Shown here in pieces: positions 19,142 to 28,056 of a stretch of 64,000 nucleotides of DNA. The stretch is taken from IMG/VR virus record IMGVR_UViG_2875882051_000001, positions 21,268 to 85,267 of that record. One strand, given 5' to 3'. Below the pieces are notes generated by a model. That model was given only the letters and a program-made list of their open reading frames with translations, made no database searches and was not told where the DNA came from. Origin of the DNA: a virus (Duplodnaviria; Caudoviricetes). Position 1 is the first letter of the stretch, and the number at the start of each line of letters is the position of its first letter. A program made the translations under genes and the position numbers.

Positions 19142-19201
19142 TTGAATTCCTCCCTTCTTGTGTTATAATGTTCCTGAGAATATTTATACAATCCATTCGC
19201 G

Positions 19202-19381
19202 CTATCTTGGAATACTTTGGTCGGTTTCCTTGATAGCTTTTTTGTTTTTACTGCCACATTGTCCATAGTCATCAGTTGCAATAATAAATTCAGTAATAAC
19301 AATTTTAGGTTCATCCTTAATGCAGACATAATCACCTTCGCCTATATATGTGCATTCATCACAATCTTCACATTTTTTCAT
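19202..19381 (-). CDS. Small Cys-rich protein (59 aa, MKKCEDCDECTYIGEGDYVC...), missed by the ORF track
   Basis: Manual translation; ATGA overlap with the upstream stop. Confidence 0.65.
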   Translation of the reverse strand: MKKCEDCDECTYIGEGDYVCIKDEPKIVITEFIIATDDYGQCGSKNKKAIKETDQSIPR

Positions 19382-19851
19382 AGCCTAGACCTCATTTCTA
19401 CAACAATCAATTCATCCAGTTGCTGACTTATTTTAATAGTTGTGTCAGACTGTGGTCCATTTACTGAAATACTAATATGCATCCTTTCCCTTAGTTCATC
19501 GATAGCTTGTTCAATTAATGATTTGCTTAAATCACAAGCTTTGAACTTAACCATAATTCCTTCCCTTTTGACATCTTCTAGCTCCTCAATTTCCAATGTT
19601 TCAGCTCTTCTGTAATAAGGTCCATTATTTGCTTTTATTGATTTTACCTGTACACCTTGCGCCTCTAATCTTTGCTTTAAATCCAATGCACTTGTAATAT
19701 CCTCTTTTTCAATTTTAGTGAGTAATGCATCAACTTCTTTTTCATTTAAGTTTGCTTCAATATCAATGAAGTTTAATCTGTTTACTGTCTCATCAACGTG
19801 TAATCTGTATTTTGGCATTTTATAATTCCTCCTCAACCTATGAATTTTCAA
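19378..19851 (-). CDS. Hypothetical N-domain fused in frame to a Spo0E-like aspartyl-phosphate phosphatase domain (19378-19554)
   Basis: IEQAIDELRERM...IKISQQLDELIV with the SQxLD signature; internal RBS before ATG at 19554. Confidence 0.7.
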   Translation of the reverse strand: MKIHRLRRNYKMPKYRLHVDETVNRLNFIDIEANLNEKEVDALLTKIEKEDITSALDLKQRLEAQGVQVKSIKANNGPYYRRAETLEIEELEDVKREGIMVKFKACDLSKSLIEQAIDELRERMHISISVNGPQSDTTIKISQQLDELIVVEMRSRL

Positions 19852-20239
19852 CTTCTTTAAATGATACTTGCCCTGAAAGCTCGTCTCTTCTTCTTTGAAC
19901 TTTTTTCTTAGAAATATTAAGACCTTTATATTTTTTATTTAACTGGATTTCAATGTTTTTTAATGCTTTTAAATCAGTTGTAGTTTCGATATTAAAATAT
20001 TTTGAATTTCCGCTATCATCCTTGCAGCTAAAACAAGTTCTAACACCTTTATTATCACGGTATGTTGCCATTAAGTTATTGGCTGTCCTTCTTAACGCTT
20101 GTTCCCTAAGCTTACGGATATTAAATATATAGTGTGGTCTTAATAGCTCTACAACGTCATCTGTAGTTATTTCTCCGCCAAGCTCGTCCATCTGTTCTAG
20201 TATCTTTTCTTTGGCCTTTTTTTCTAATGCTTCACTCAT
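19838..20239 (-). CDS. Hypothetical protein
   Basis: 133-aa ORF directly downstream of the ParB-N gene. Confidence 0.7.
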   Translation of the reverse strand: MSEALEKKAKEKILEQMDELGGEITTDDVVELLRPHYIFNIRKLREQALRRTANNLMATYRDNKGVRTCFSCKDDSGNSKYFNIETTTDLKALKNIEIQLNKKYKGLNISKKKVQRRRDELSGQVSFKEVENS

Positions 20240-20240
20240 A

Positions 20241-21323
20241 TTACTTGCCTCCTTTAAAATAGTTCTGTATCTTAATTAAATTTTGGATAGCTGAATTAAT
20301 ATCTTGTAGCTCTATTTCTACAATATCTGGAGTATTGGCTATTGCTCCCCATGCCATTAATGCCTCTATATCTGTACTTAATAATGCAACTTTACTAATT
20401 GCATCACGATATTTTTTAGAATGCTTTATACAATCATTAAATTGATCCATTGTTAGGTTATTGAAGTCTTCAATTCCAAAAATATGAGCTTCTTTTGGTT
20501 TCCTGAATTTATCTAATACAACTGCATTTTCTGGAAGGTTCTTTTGAATTTCTTCTAACTTCTTCTTTTCTTCATTCTCTTGCTGTTCTTTTTCCAACTG
20601 CTCCTGGTACTCTTTTTCATATTCAGCATTCTTTTTGTCTGCCTCTATAGCTGACTTAGTAAGAACATAAGCACTATTAATTGTTATGTCTCCCTTTTTC
20701 ACCTGCTGCTTAATTTCTTCTGGAGCTTTTTCTTCGATAACTTCAACCTTATGAATTGTATCCTCTGAAACTCCTGCTATTTTTGCTATTTCTTTTCTAG
20801 TATTTATTGGAGTTATTTCTTTTTCTTTAAGGTTTGATGATTTCAGCAAACCTTTTTCAAAGTTTTCGTCACTCATTTTTAAATTTTCTTCATTATTCGT
20901 TTTTGATGGTTTCATCAAAATGGTATTTTGATGAAGGTTAGACAATGTTGACATACCTTTTTCAGGTCTACCTTCTGATAATTTTTGATTTTCCTTAGCT
21001 CTAGCTTCTATTACTGGCTTAAACTTCAGTGCTATTTGTGCTAACTCATATTTAGTTAAATTCCTTCTATTCTTTTGATTCATCCAAATCCATTCCATAG
21101 CCTCGAGCCTGTCCTTAAATTCCATTTCAACTATATCGAATTGAATATTATTTCTTGTACATATCTCATGTCTGTGATGACCATCTATTAAAATGTTCTT
21201 CCATACAGTTAGTGAATTTATGCAACCATTTTTAATTATGTCTTTTTCAAGCTCTTCTTTTTGTTCCTCCGATAATGGAGGTAGTAAGTCTTTAAACTCA
21301 TTGTCAATAATTAAACCATTCAT
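20241..21323 (-). CDS. ParB/Srx N-terminal-domain protein
   Basis: LLPPLSEEQ...LIDGHHRHEIC...NQKNRRNL; later HTH IAKIAGVSEDTIHK. Confidence 0.75.
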   Translation of the reverse strand: MNGLIIDNEFKDLLPPLSEEQKEELEKDIIKNGCINSLTVWKNILIDGHHRHEICTRNNIQFDIVEMEFKDRLEAMEWIWMNQKNRRNLTKYELAQIALKFKPVIEARAKENQKLSEGRPEKGMSTLSNLHQNTILMKPSKTNNEENLKMSDENFEKGLLKSSNLKEKEITPINTRKEIAKIAGVSEDTIHKVEVIEEKAPEEIKQQVKKGDITINSAYVLTKSAIEADKKNAEYEKEYQEQLEKEQQENEEKKKLEEIQKNLPENAVVLDKFRKPKEAHIFGIEDFNNLTMDQFNDCIKHSKKYRDAISKVALLSTDIEALMAWGAIANTPDIVEIELQDINSAIQNLIKIQNYFKGGK

Positions 21324-21439
21324 TTTTATAATTTCCTCACTTCCTTCTATACTTGAATTTAATATTTACTCTTCGCAGAAAATTACTGGATGTAATTGCT
21401 TTGAGTTGTGAGATATGATAAATAAGATTTATTATGTTA

Positions 21440-21679
21440 TTAAATTGTTCTATGTTCTTCTGTTATTTTTTCAAGCCATCTATCTAGAGCTCTTTTGTCA
21501 ATCGCTGTTCTTGTACCAATTTTAAAATAAGGAAAATCTGTATTTTTCTTATCAACAAGTTCCCTGACTTTTTCATGGCCAATTCCCATATACAAAGCAG
21601 CATCTTGAATTGAAAAAGTTATTTTTTTAGGTCTTTCAGATTTTAAAGTCTCTAATATTTCTCTTAACAATTCTTCCAT
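21440..21679 (-). CDS. Excisionase-like HTH protein
   Basis: FSIQDAALYMGIG...FPYFKIG winged HTH; paralogue at 60529. Confidence 0.8.
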   Translation of the reverse strand: MEELLREILETLKSERPKKITFSIQDAALYMGIGHEKVRELVDKKNTDFPYFKIGTRTAIDKRALDRWLEKITEEHRTI

Positions 21680-21718
21680 TTAGTTGTTTCCTCCGAATTT
21701 TGCTGCATGATATTCTAT

Positions 21719-21973
21719 TTACTTCTTAATCCTTTCTTTATCAAGTTCTTCAGATTTTTTCATTAATTCTGACAGCGGTATTCCAAGTCCATTTGCAATC
21801 TTTTCTAATGTATCAATAGTTGGATTAGTTTTTTTTTCATTTACTATTTCGCCTAGAGTGGTTTGAGAAATATTACTCTCTTTAGAGATTCTATATCTAG
21901 TTAATCTTTTCTCTTTTGCAAATGCCGCAATTGCTTGACCTATCGACATTTTTTTCACTTCCCTTCTTCGCAT
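21719..21973 (-). CDS. Cro-like XRE regulator
   Basis: HTH; divergent from the repressor. Confidence 0.85.
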   Translation of the reverse strand: MRRREVKKMSIGQAIAAFAKEKRLTRYRISKESNISQTTLGEIVNEKKTNPTIDTLEKIANGLGIPLSELMKKSEELDKERIKK

Positions 21974-22134
21974 TACTGCGTTGAATAAATATTATTATTT
22001 TATCGCAGTAATTTCAAGCGCATTACTGCGATAAAATTTACCATTATATGAAAATAGCTGTCGCTTTCTGCTTTTTTCTCTAAATATCTTGACATATCTA
22101 AGTATTTTAAATATACTAAATTATATCGCAGTAA
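21972..22134. promoter_or_regulatory. Switch operators (ATTACTGCGATA half-sites x4) and sigmaA promoter TTGACA-N17-TATACT (22089-22117) for the repressor
   Basis: Perfect inverted repeat 22001-22033; further copies at 21972 and 22124. Confidence 0.8.
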
Positions 22135-22150
22135 AAAGGAGTGATATAAT

Positions 22151-22579
22151 ATGTTTAGTAAAGATAAATTACTTTATGAAATAAATAAAAAAGGTTGGAG
22201 CAGGTATAGGCTTTCAAAGGAATCTGGAGTTGCACAAACTACATTACGAGATATTTTTGGCGAAAAGCAAGTTACGCCTAGTACTCGAACATTGGAAAAA
22301 ATAGCATCTGCTTTAGGAATACCTATAAGTCTGCTTTTTGATGATGAGCCAATCGAGGAAATAAAAAAAGAAAGAGATTATTCTCTTTCAATCAAAGAAC
22401 AGGAAAATATTGATGATGAAGCAAAAAAAATTATTGAGGATCTATCAATTTCATTTTCTAAAGATAAAGATTCTTTGAGCGAAGAAGATTATTTTGCTGT
22501 TGAAAACGCCATTAGAACCACATTAGAAGCTATAAAAATAAAAAACAAAAAGAAATTTACACCGAAAAAATATAGATAG
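22151..22579 (+). CDS. CI/ImmR-like XRE repressor
   Basis: N-terminal HTH; next to an ImmA-like protease and the integrase. Confidence 0.88.
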   Translation: MFSKDKLLYEINKKGWSRYRLSKESGVAQTTLRDIFGEKQVTPSTRTLEKIASALGIPISLLFDDEPIEEIKKERDYSLSIKEQENIDDEAKKIIEDLSISFSKDKDSLSEEDYFAVENAIRTTLEAIKIKNKKKFTPKKYR

Positions 22580-22598
22580 CTTAATTTTTTTTAATTTA

Positions 22599-23039
22599 AT
22601 GGTTATGGGGGTGAGCACTTTGAGTATGATTTCATACATAAAAGGTGTTGCAGATGGGGTAATTAATGAAAATGATGATCTAGATCCTATTCGCATAGTT
22701 AAAAGTTTAAAAAGAGTTGAGTACAATACTCAACCGTTGACAAAAAATATAAATGGTTTTTATAAGTATATATCTCCAAACAGACAAATGATTGTTGTCA
22801 ATGAGAATTTAAGTGTTGAGGATTCATATATGACACTATTCCACGAACTATCTCATTACTTTTTGGAACACAAAAACAATCTTCTTTTGAATTCAAGACT
22901 AACCATGCATTTAAAAGAGGAATATGAAGCTGATTTATGTGCAACCTGTTTATATTTAGCATATATAAAAAAACATAGATGTTGTGATGATATTGTATAT
23001 CCTAAAAGAGTTTGTGAATTAATACGATATTTGAAATAG
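22599..23039 (+). CDS. ImmA/IrrE-family metallopeptidase (antirepressor)
   Basis: HELSH...EYEAD motif. Confidence 0.85.
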   Translation: MVMGVSTLSMISYIKGVADGVINENDDLDPIRIVKSLKRVEYNTQPLTKNINGFYKYISPNRQMIVVNENLSVEDSYMTLFHELSHYFLEHKNNLLLNSRLTMHLKEEYEADLCATCLYLAYIKKHRCCDDIVYPKRVCELIRYLK

Positions 23040-23068
23040 CAAATATCGTATTTTTTTAAATATAAAAA

Positions 23069-23080
23069 GAACATATATTC
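23069..23080. promoter_or_regulatory. LexA-box-like GAACATATATTC upstream of integrase A
   Basis: One mismatch to GAAC-N4-GTTC; same position in prophage B. Confidence 0.45.
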
Positions 23081-23097
23081 GAAGAAAGGGCGATTTT

Positions 23098-24270
23098 ATG
23101 GCAAGTAAAACCAATTATACTATGAATGGGAAAGAATACTTTAGAATTTCTGCAAGTTTTGGCAGAGATGCAAATGGAAAATTAATAAGAAAATATTTTT
23201 ATGGTAAAAATGAAAAAGATGCTAAAAAAAAGGTTGAGGAGTACAAAGATAACTTAAAACAAGGGTTAATTGTAGATAAAAACGCTTATTTAAGCCTTAC
23301 AATGGATACATGGTTGTTTGAGGTAGTAAATATATCTAACAAAGTTAAGCCAACTACATTTGAACGATATGAGGGTATATTCAGAAATTATATTAAAAAC
23401 TCTTCTATTGCTCCATTACAACTAAAGGATATAAAATCCTTACAAATTCAAAAATATTATAATGATCTATATGAAAAAGGTAAAACTACAAGTCAAATTT
23501 TTAATCTAAATAAATTATTAAAACACTTTTTTAATTATGCAGTAAATGAAGGCTATTTATTAAAAAATCCTTGTATAGGTCAAATTGTTATTCCAGGAGA
23601 AGTAGAACATAAAGAAAGTGAGGTTGAAGTATTTACTGATGATGAATTAAAAGCTATTTTAAGTTACCCTAAAGAATCACAAATAAAAGATATAGCAACT
23701 ATATGTCTTGCTACTGGAATGCGACGTGGTGAATGCCTAGCTCTAAAATGGAAGGATTTAAATACTAATACTATGGAAATCTCTATAGACGAAACTGTCT
23801 CTACTGTTGCCATTATAAGTAAAGATAGTTCTAGAGAAAATAAAACCATAATTCAAATTCCTAAAACAAAAGGATCCATAAGAACTATTCCTCTCCCAAT
23901 AACATTAAAACCTATATTTGATAAAATTAAAATCAAACAGAATGAAAATAAATTAAAAATTGGAGAAAGTTATAATAAAGAAAATGAAGGTTATATATTC
24001 CTGACTGAAAATGGTAACTTAATCAATAGCAGTAACTTAAGCAGAAGCTGGAAAAGATATTTGAAGAAAGTCGGTGTAAGATATATAAAACTCCATGCAT
24101 TAAGACACACATATGCAACTCGTCAGTTTGAAGCTGGTTTAAAATTAAAAACCGTATCAGTTTTATTAGGTCATAGCAGCACAGAGATAACCTCAAATAC
24201 TTATACCCATGTGTTAAAGAAAGAAAAAGAAAAAAGCATTGATATTCTTAATGTGTTAAAAATGTGTTAA
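23098..24270 (+). CDS. int: Phage tyrosine integrase (prophage A)
   Basis: TGMRRGE, LHALRHTYAT, LLGHS, TYTHV; abuts att. Confidence 0.95.
   Translation: MASKTNYTMNGKEYFRISASFGRDANGKLIRKYFYGKNEKDAKKKVEEYKDNLKQGLIVDKNAYLSLTMDTWLFEVVNISNKVKPTTFERYEGIFRNYIKNSSIAPLQLKDIKSLQIQKYYNDLYEKGKTTSQIFNLNKLLKHFFNYAVNEGYLLKNPCIGQIVIPGEVEHKESEVEVFTDDELKAILSYPKESQIKDIATICLATGMRRGECLALKWKDLNTNTMEISIDETVSTVAIISKDSSRENKTIIQIPKTKGSIRTIPLPITLKPIFDKIKIKQNENKLKIGESYNKENEGYIFLTENGNLINSSNLSRSWKRYLKKVGVRYIKLHALRHTYATRQFEAGLKLKTVSVLLGHSSTEITSNTYTHVLKKEKEKSIDILNVLKMC
24250..24270. repeat. Arm-type site pair AATGTGTTAA x2 (11-bp period)
   Basis: Direct repeats seen left of the att core. Confidence 0.6.
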
Positions 24271-24324
24271 TACAGCTAAATATTAATTCAAACATTTATA
24301 CAACTCCAGTAGTATCAACGCTTA

Positions 24325-24366
24325 TGGTGCACTTGGTGAGATTCGAACTCACGACTTCTGGATTAG
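24325..24366 (-). tRNA. 3' fragment of a tRNA (probably tRNA-Arg, UCU or CCU); att core duplication at the prophage junction, not a full gene
   Basis: Reverse complement CTAATCCAG-AAGTC-GTGAG-TTCGAAT-CTCAC-CAAGTGC-A-CCA; no D-arm or 5' half. Confidence 0.85.
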
Positions 24367-24468
24367 TTTTTTTATAATTTATTACGCTTTATATTGGTTT
24401 ACATTGTTTACAGATCTAGATTCTTAACTTATATAATATCTTCTCATATTACATAAATTTATAACTTT

Positions 24469-24487
24469 TGTGGGAAAAGTGTGGGAA
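24469..24487. repeat. Arm-type site pair TGTGGGAA x2 (11-bp period)
   Basis: Direct repeats seen right of the att core. Confidence 0.6.
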
Positions 24488-24514
24488 CGATAAAATCTAT
24501 ATGTCAAATCCAAT

Positions 24515-24748
24515 CTATATTTTCATTTTTCTATAAGGAGCTAATTCTTTTTGTTCTTCTAAGCGTAATTCATCTAATACTTTTCCTAATTCTGCATCAA
24601 GTATATTTCTTTCGTCAATAAATGCTTTATGTGCTAAATTCCAATACTTCCATCTTATTTCTCTTACTTCATTATTTTCAATTCTGCTTATTTCTTCTTG
24701 ATTTAGTATATCCTTAAATTGATCTTCATAACTCAAATATTTTTTCAT
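24515..24748 (-). CDS. Hypothetical protein
   Basis: 77-aa ORF with GGAGG RBS. Confidence 0.65.
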   Translation of the reverse strand: MKKYLSYEDQFKDILNQEEISRIENNEVREIRWKYWNLAHKAFIDERNILDAELGKVLDELRLEEQKELAPYRKMKI

Positions 24749-24940
24749 TCATTCTAATTCCTCCATAAATATAATTTTACTATTAACCTTTATGTATCTA
24801 TCTTTTTAAGAATTTGAAGTTTTATTAAATAAATGTTAGTAAAATCTATTTTTATAGTTATAAGTTAGTTATACAAATACTCATATAAATATTAAACTAG
24901 CCTAATATTATTTAGAGAATTTACATATACTCTAGAACTT

Positions 24941-26551
24941 CTATTTACCATACTCTAAATAATCATATATTCTTATCAATCTTCTATAGGCGCTCGCAGT
25001 TGATAAATATTTTTTTTCTTCAAATATATCAGGTATATCGTTTAAAACTTTTTTAAGAAAAATATGCAATTCTTCTTTGTCTATTTCTTCCTCCTTAAGA
25101 TAGCTTATTTTTAAAATTGCCATTTGAGTATTATTATTTTTAATTATTTCACTTATTGATCTTTCATTTAAGTAGCCACTTTTTTGTTTTTCTCTTATAT
25201 TGTAATTTAATAAATCAGAATATTTTTTAATTTTTTTATCATTTATCTTACTTGATAATACTCCATCATATTGATTTATGTATTTATAAATTGGCATTTT
25301 AGAATTACTTCTAAAAATTTGAGGTAATGCTTTTTCCACCATGTTTTTTATTATAAAATTCCTATCATCAAATACTATGTCTAAATAAACTTCGTTTGCG
25401 TTTAACCCCTCATATCCTGTTTCTGATAATTTGTCCATTATTCCTACACCAATTAATGCTTCTACCTCATTTAATCTATCATCATCAATATCCATTAATA
25501 CATTGATTGATTTAGATGGTTTAGATTCTAATACAACTTTGTAAATATCATCTTTTAAATTTCTTAATACTCTAGGATTGTATTTTACTCTATTGCTTAA
25601 AAGAGCTTCATATACTATCGAAAAATCTTTAACTAAAACTCTTGTCATTACTATACTTCTGTCCATTTTATCTATGGAGTAATTCTCAGTATATATCGCA
25701 TCTTCAAGTCCTTTATTATTCCACTCAATAAATATAAACCTATCTCTTAATTTCTCTAAATTTTTTTTAGATAGACATTTGGTTATCGAAAGCAATATTT
25801 CTTTTATATTTGCATCTCCTAAATTATATCCCATAAATACAATAGGATGTTCTAAAAATATTGTCATTAGTTTTGCCGCTAAATAAGCATTTTTTTCACT
25901 AAATTTATTATAATCCTTATCATTAATAACTATGCTGTTAGGGTTTGTACAACATCCATGAATTTTGTATATTTCACTAATTCCTGTTATTGGCGCAAAT
26001 AGTAATTCTTCTTGACCAATAAATACATTATACTTATACTTTTCAAGTATTTTCTCTATAACACAATCATAATTTGTTGTTATGATACCAGCAATGCTTC
26101 TATTTCCAACCTTTTCAAGTAACTTAATTTCTTCAATCATTTCTTCTGAGAATTGATTTTTACTAGCATTGAAGAAATATTCTGAGATTTCAATCTTTAA
26201 CGGTTCTCCTCCATTTTTAATTAAATCTTCATACTTTTTACGACTATCCTCAAATTGTGGCGAATTAAACCAAATTGGTATTAAATCGTTCTGTATTAGT
26301 TCAGCTATTTTAGGTTCTACACCATTTTTTAATTCATATGTTCTTGCTGTATTTAAATACATCTCATAAGCTAAATCATTTTTGTTACAAATTGCAGCAA
26401 AATGTTTTAATAAGCCAATCCAAGTAGGTGATTTTATATACCTTTGAGATATCCCAGATCCAATAAATAAAAATGGGAGTGATGGTGTTTTCTTTAATTT
26501 TTTTTCAATCTCCTCTTTTATGTTCATATTAATCCCTCCACCGGAATCCAT
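24941..26551 (-). CDS. SIR2-like (SIR2_2) domain protein, probable NADase defence effector
   Basis: FIGSGIS, ITTNYD, KIHG, FMGYNLGD motifs; extended C-terminal region. Confidence 0.88.
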   Translation of the reverse strand: MDSGGGINMNIKEEIEKKLKKTPSLPFLFIGSGISQRYIKSPTWIGLLKHFAAICNKNDLAYEMYLNTARTYELKNGVEPKIAELIQNDLIPIWFNSPQFEDSRKKYEDLIKNGGEPLKIEISEYFFNASKNQFSEEMIEEIKLLEKVGNRSIAGIITTNYDCVIEKILEKYKYNVFIGQEELLFAPITGISEIYKIHGCCTNPNSIVINDKDYNKFSEKNAYLAAKLMTIFLEHPIVFMGYNLGDANIKEILLSITKCLSKKNLEKLRDRFIFIEWNNKGLEDAIYTENYSIDKMDRSIVMTRVLVKDFSIVYEALLSNRVKYNPRVLRNLKDDIYKVVLESKPSKSINVLMDIDDDRLNEVEALIGVGIMDKLSETGYEGLNANEVYLDIVFDDRNFIIKNMVEKALPQIFRSNSKMPIYKYINQYDGVLSSKINDKKIKKYSDLLNYNIREKQKSGYLNERSISEIIKNNNTQMAILKISYLKEEEIDKEELHIFLKKVLNDIPDIFEEKKYLSTASAYRRLIRIYDYLEYGK

Positions 26552-26579
26552 TTAATAACAATTAGACTATTTTAATGCT

Positions 26580-26608
26580 ATTATAATATAAACATATCCA
26601 TTTTCCAA
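26580..26608 (-). promoter_or_regulatory. SigmaA promoter TTGGAA-N17-TATAAT for the SIR2 gene
   Basis: Consensus spacing seen directly. Confidence 0.65.
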
Positions 26609-26672
26609 CAAATAAAATATTATATGGATTATATTATATTTTTAAAAATATAAGTACGCTTCTAGTACGTTT

Positions 26673-27218
26673 TTATTTTTTTAAGCTTTGATTTAATCCA
26701 AAACTCTCCAGTGCATCTTTTATTCCATCTATTTTCATGTCATCAAACTTACACTTAGCTAGATCATCACCTTTAGCAAGTGCTGTAGCGTAATTCATGT
26801 CCACTGCATTACCACTCTTATCTTTCCCTGGTCCTTTAGCTTCAAAGAAAAATTCATTGCCTTGAACTAATGATGCGTCTGATAAAACCTGACTAATCTG
26901 TTCTATTTCTTCTAATATATTCTTTTCATAATAACTATCACTTGCAACTTCTCTTACTTTAAAATCTATTGTATAATAATTATCTCCACTTTTCGATATA
27001 TTAATTATTTTTACTTTTTTGTCACTCAACTTGGATTCTATATAATCCTTAGTTATTCTTGCATCTACTTCTTTTTTGGGTTCTTCAGTTTTAGCAGTTT
27101 CTTGTTTAATACTTTCCTTTGTTTCTGATTTAGTAGCTTTATTACTATTGCTACACCCAATCAAACTACTTAACGCAAAGAAAGAAACTAATAAAATAGC
27201 TATTGTACTCTTTTTCAT
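26673..27218 (-). CDS. Lipoprotein of unknown function
   Basis: Signal peptide with lipobox LIGC and an S/K/E-rich linker. Confidence 0.8.
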   Translation of the reverse strand: MKKSTIAILLVSFFALSSLIGCSNSNKATKSETKESIKQETAKTEEPKKEVDARITKDYIESKLSDKKVKIINISKSGDNYYTIDFKVREVASDSYYEKNILEEIEQISQVLSDASLVQGNEFFFEAKGPGKDKSGNAVDMNYATALAKGDDLAKCKFDDMKIDGIKDALESFGLNQSLKK

Positions 27219-27254
27219 TAATATTCCCCCTATTTTGTAATTTATATTTTTATA

Positions 27255-27473
27255 TTAATAGAAAATATCTTCTATATTATTATTTTGATCTAAATTTATC
27301 TGATTCTTAGTTTTGCAGTTTGTACATTCGATTAATTCTTCTTTCAATATATATATCTTAGTTTTATTTATAAATCCACATTTTGCACAATTCCACTCTT
27401 TTAATTCATTATCTGGTGTCTCATTTAATTCCGCTTGCTTTTTCAAGAAATATTTATCTATATAATCACTCAC
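27255..27473 (-). CDS. Small zinc-ribbon protein
   Basis: CAKC...CTNC. Confidence 0.7.
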   Translation of the reverse strand: MSDYIDKYFLKKQAELNETPDNELKEWNCAKCGFINKTKIYILKEELIECTNCKTKNQINLDQNNNIEDIFY

Positions 27474-27675
27474 TGTTTTTCTTCACTCCATTTCAAATAA
27501 ATTATCTTTTAGGACTATCTTCGTCATCATACCTTACCCTAATAAAAGCATTTGATTAATAATCATTTTTACTTCATATATTACTATATTTTTCTATATA
27601 TTTCTATATTTCTCTAAGAAAAAAGGGCAATATAGAAAACTTAATCCCCATACTGCCCTTTATCTTAAACCTATT

Positions 27676-27958
27676 CTATTGTATCCATGCTCCTGATTCA
27701 TCAACTTTATATCCATCTGGTGTTGTACAATTAGCATACATAGCACCATCTGATCTAAAAGAATAACATTCTCCATCTATCCACGCCCATCTATTGTAAA
27801 CCATAGAACAATCAGAGGTTAAGTAATACCATTTATCTTTGTATTTAGTCCATAAATTGATAGTAAGCATTAGTAACATCTATCTCATTTAAAATATCTT
27901 CAGCACATCCATCTGCACCAGTTCTTTGATGTCCTCTTCTTATTGCATATTTACTCAT
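27676..27958 (-). pseudogene. Internally deleted amidase endolysin with cell-wall-binding repeats
   Basis: MSKYAIRRGHQRTGADGCA...* (27845-27958) then out-of-frame KWYYL/WAWIDGECYSF/GYKVDESGAW repeats. Confidence 0.7.
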
Positions 27959-28056
27959 TTACGCTACATCCTTTCTTAAAAGGTAGACTAAGTATATCTA
28001 CATAATCTACCTTTACAACAGAGTATATGCAATTTAGCAATACTCAGTATATCATA

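Larger units (their letters stand above)
1..24366. mobile_element. Prophage A (partial; SPP1-type head, left part outside window)
   Basis: Co-oriented head, packaging, replication, switch and integrase modules ending at a tRNA-derived att core. Confidence 0.95.

Noticed and set aside
19135-19335. ORF-track 66-aa protein MIMSALRMNL...
   Set aside because: The alternative frame 19202-19381 has translational coupling and a coherent Cys-rich sequence.
24325-24366. Functional tRNA gene
   Set aside because: Only the 3' half is present; the sequence turns to poly-T at the anticodon loop.
24941-26551. Thoeris ThsA assignment of the SIR2 gene
   Set aside because: No recognisable SLOG/Macro domain and no TIR gene nearby.
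26540-26556. Complementarity between the GAATCCAT seed of the prophage A array and the SIR2 leader
   Set aside because: Only ~9 nt in AT-rich DNA; expected by chance.
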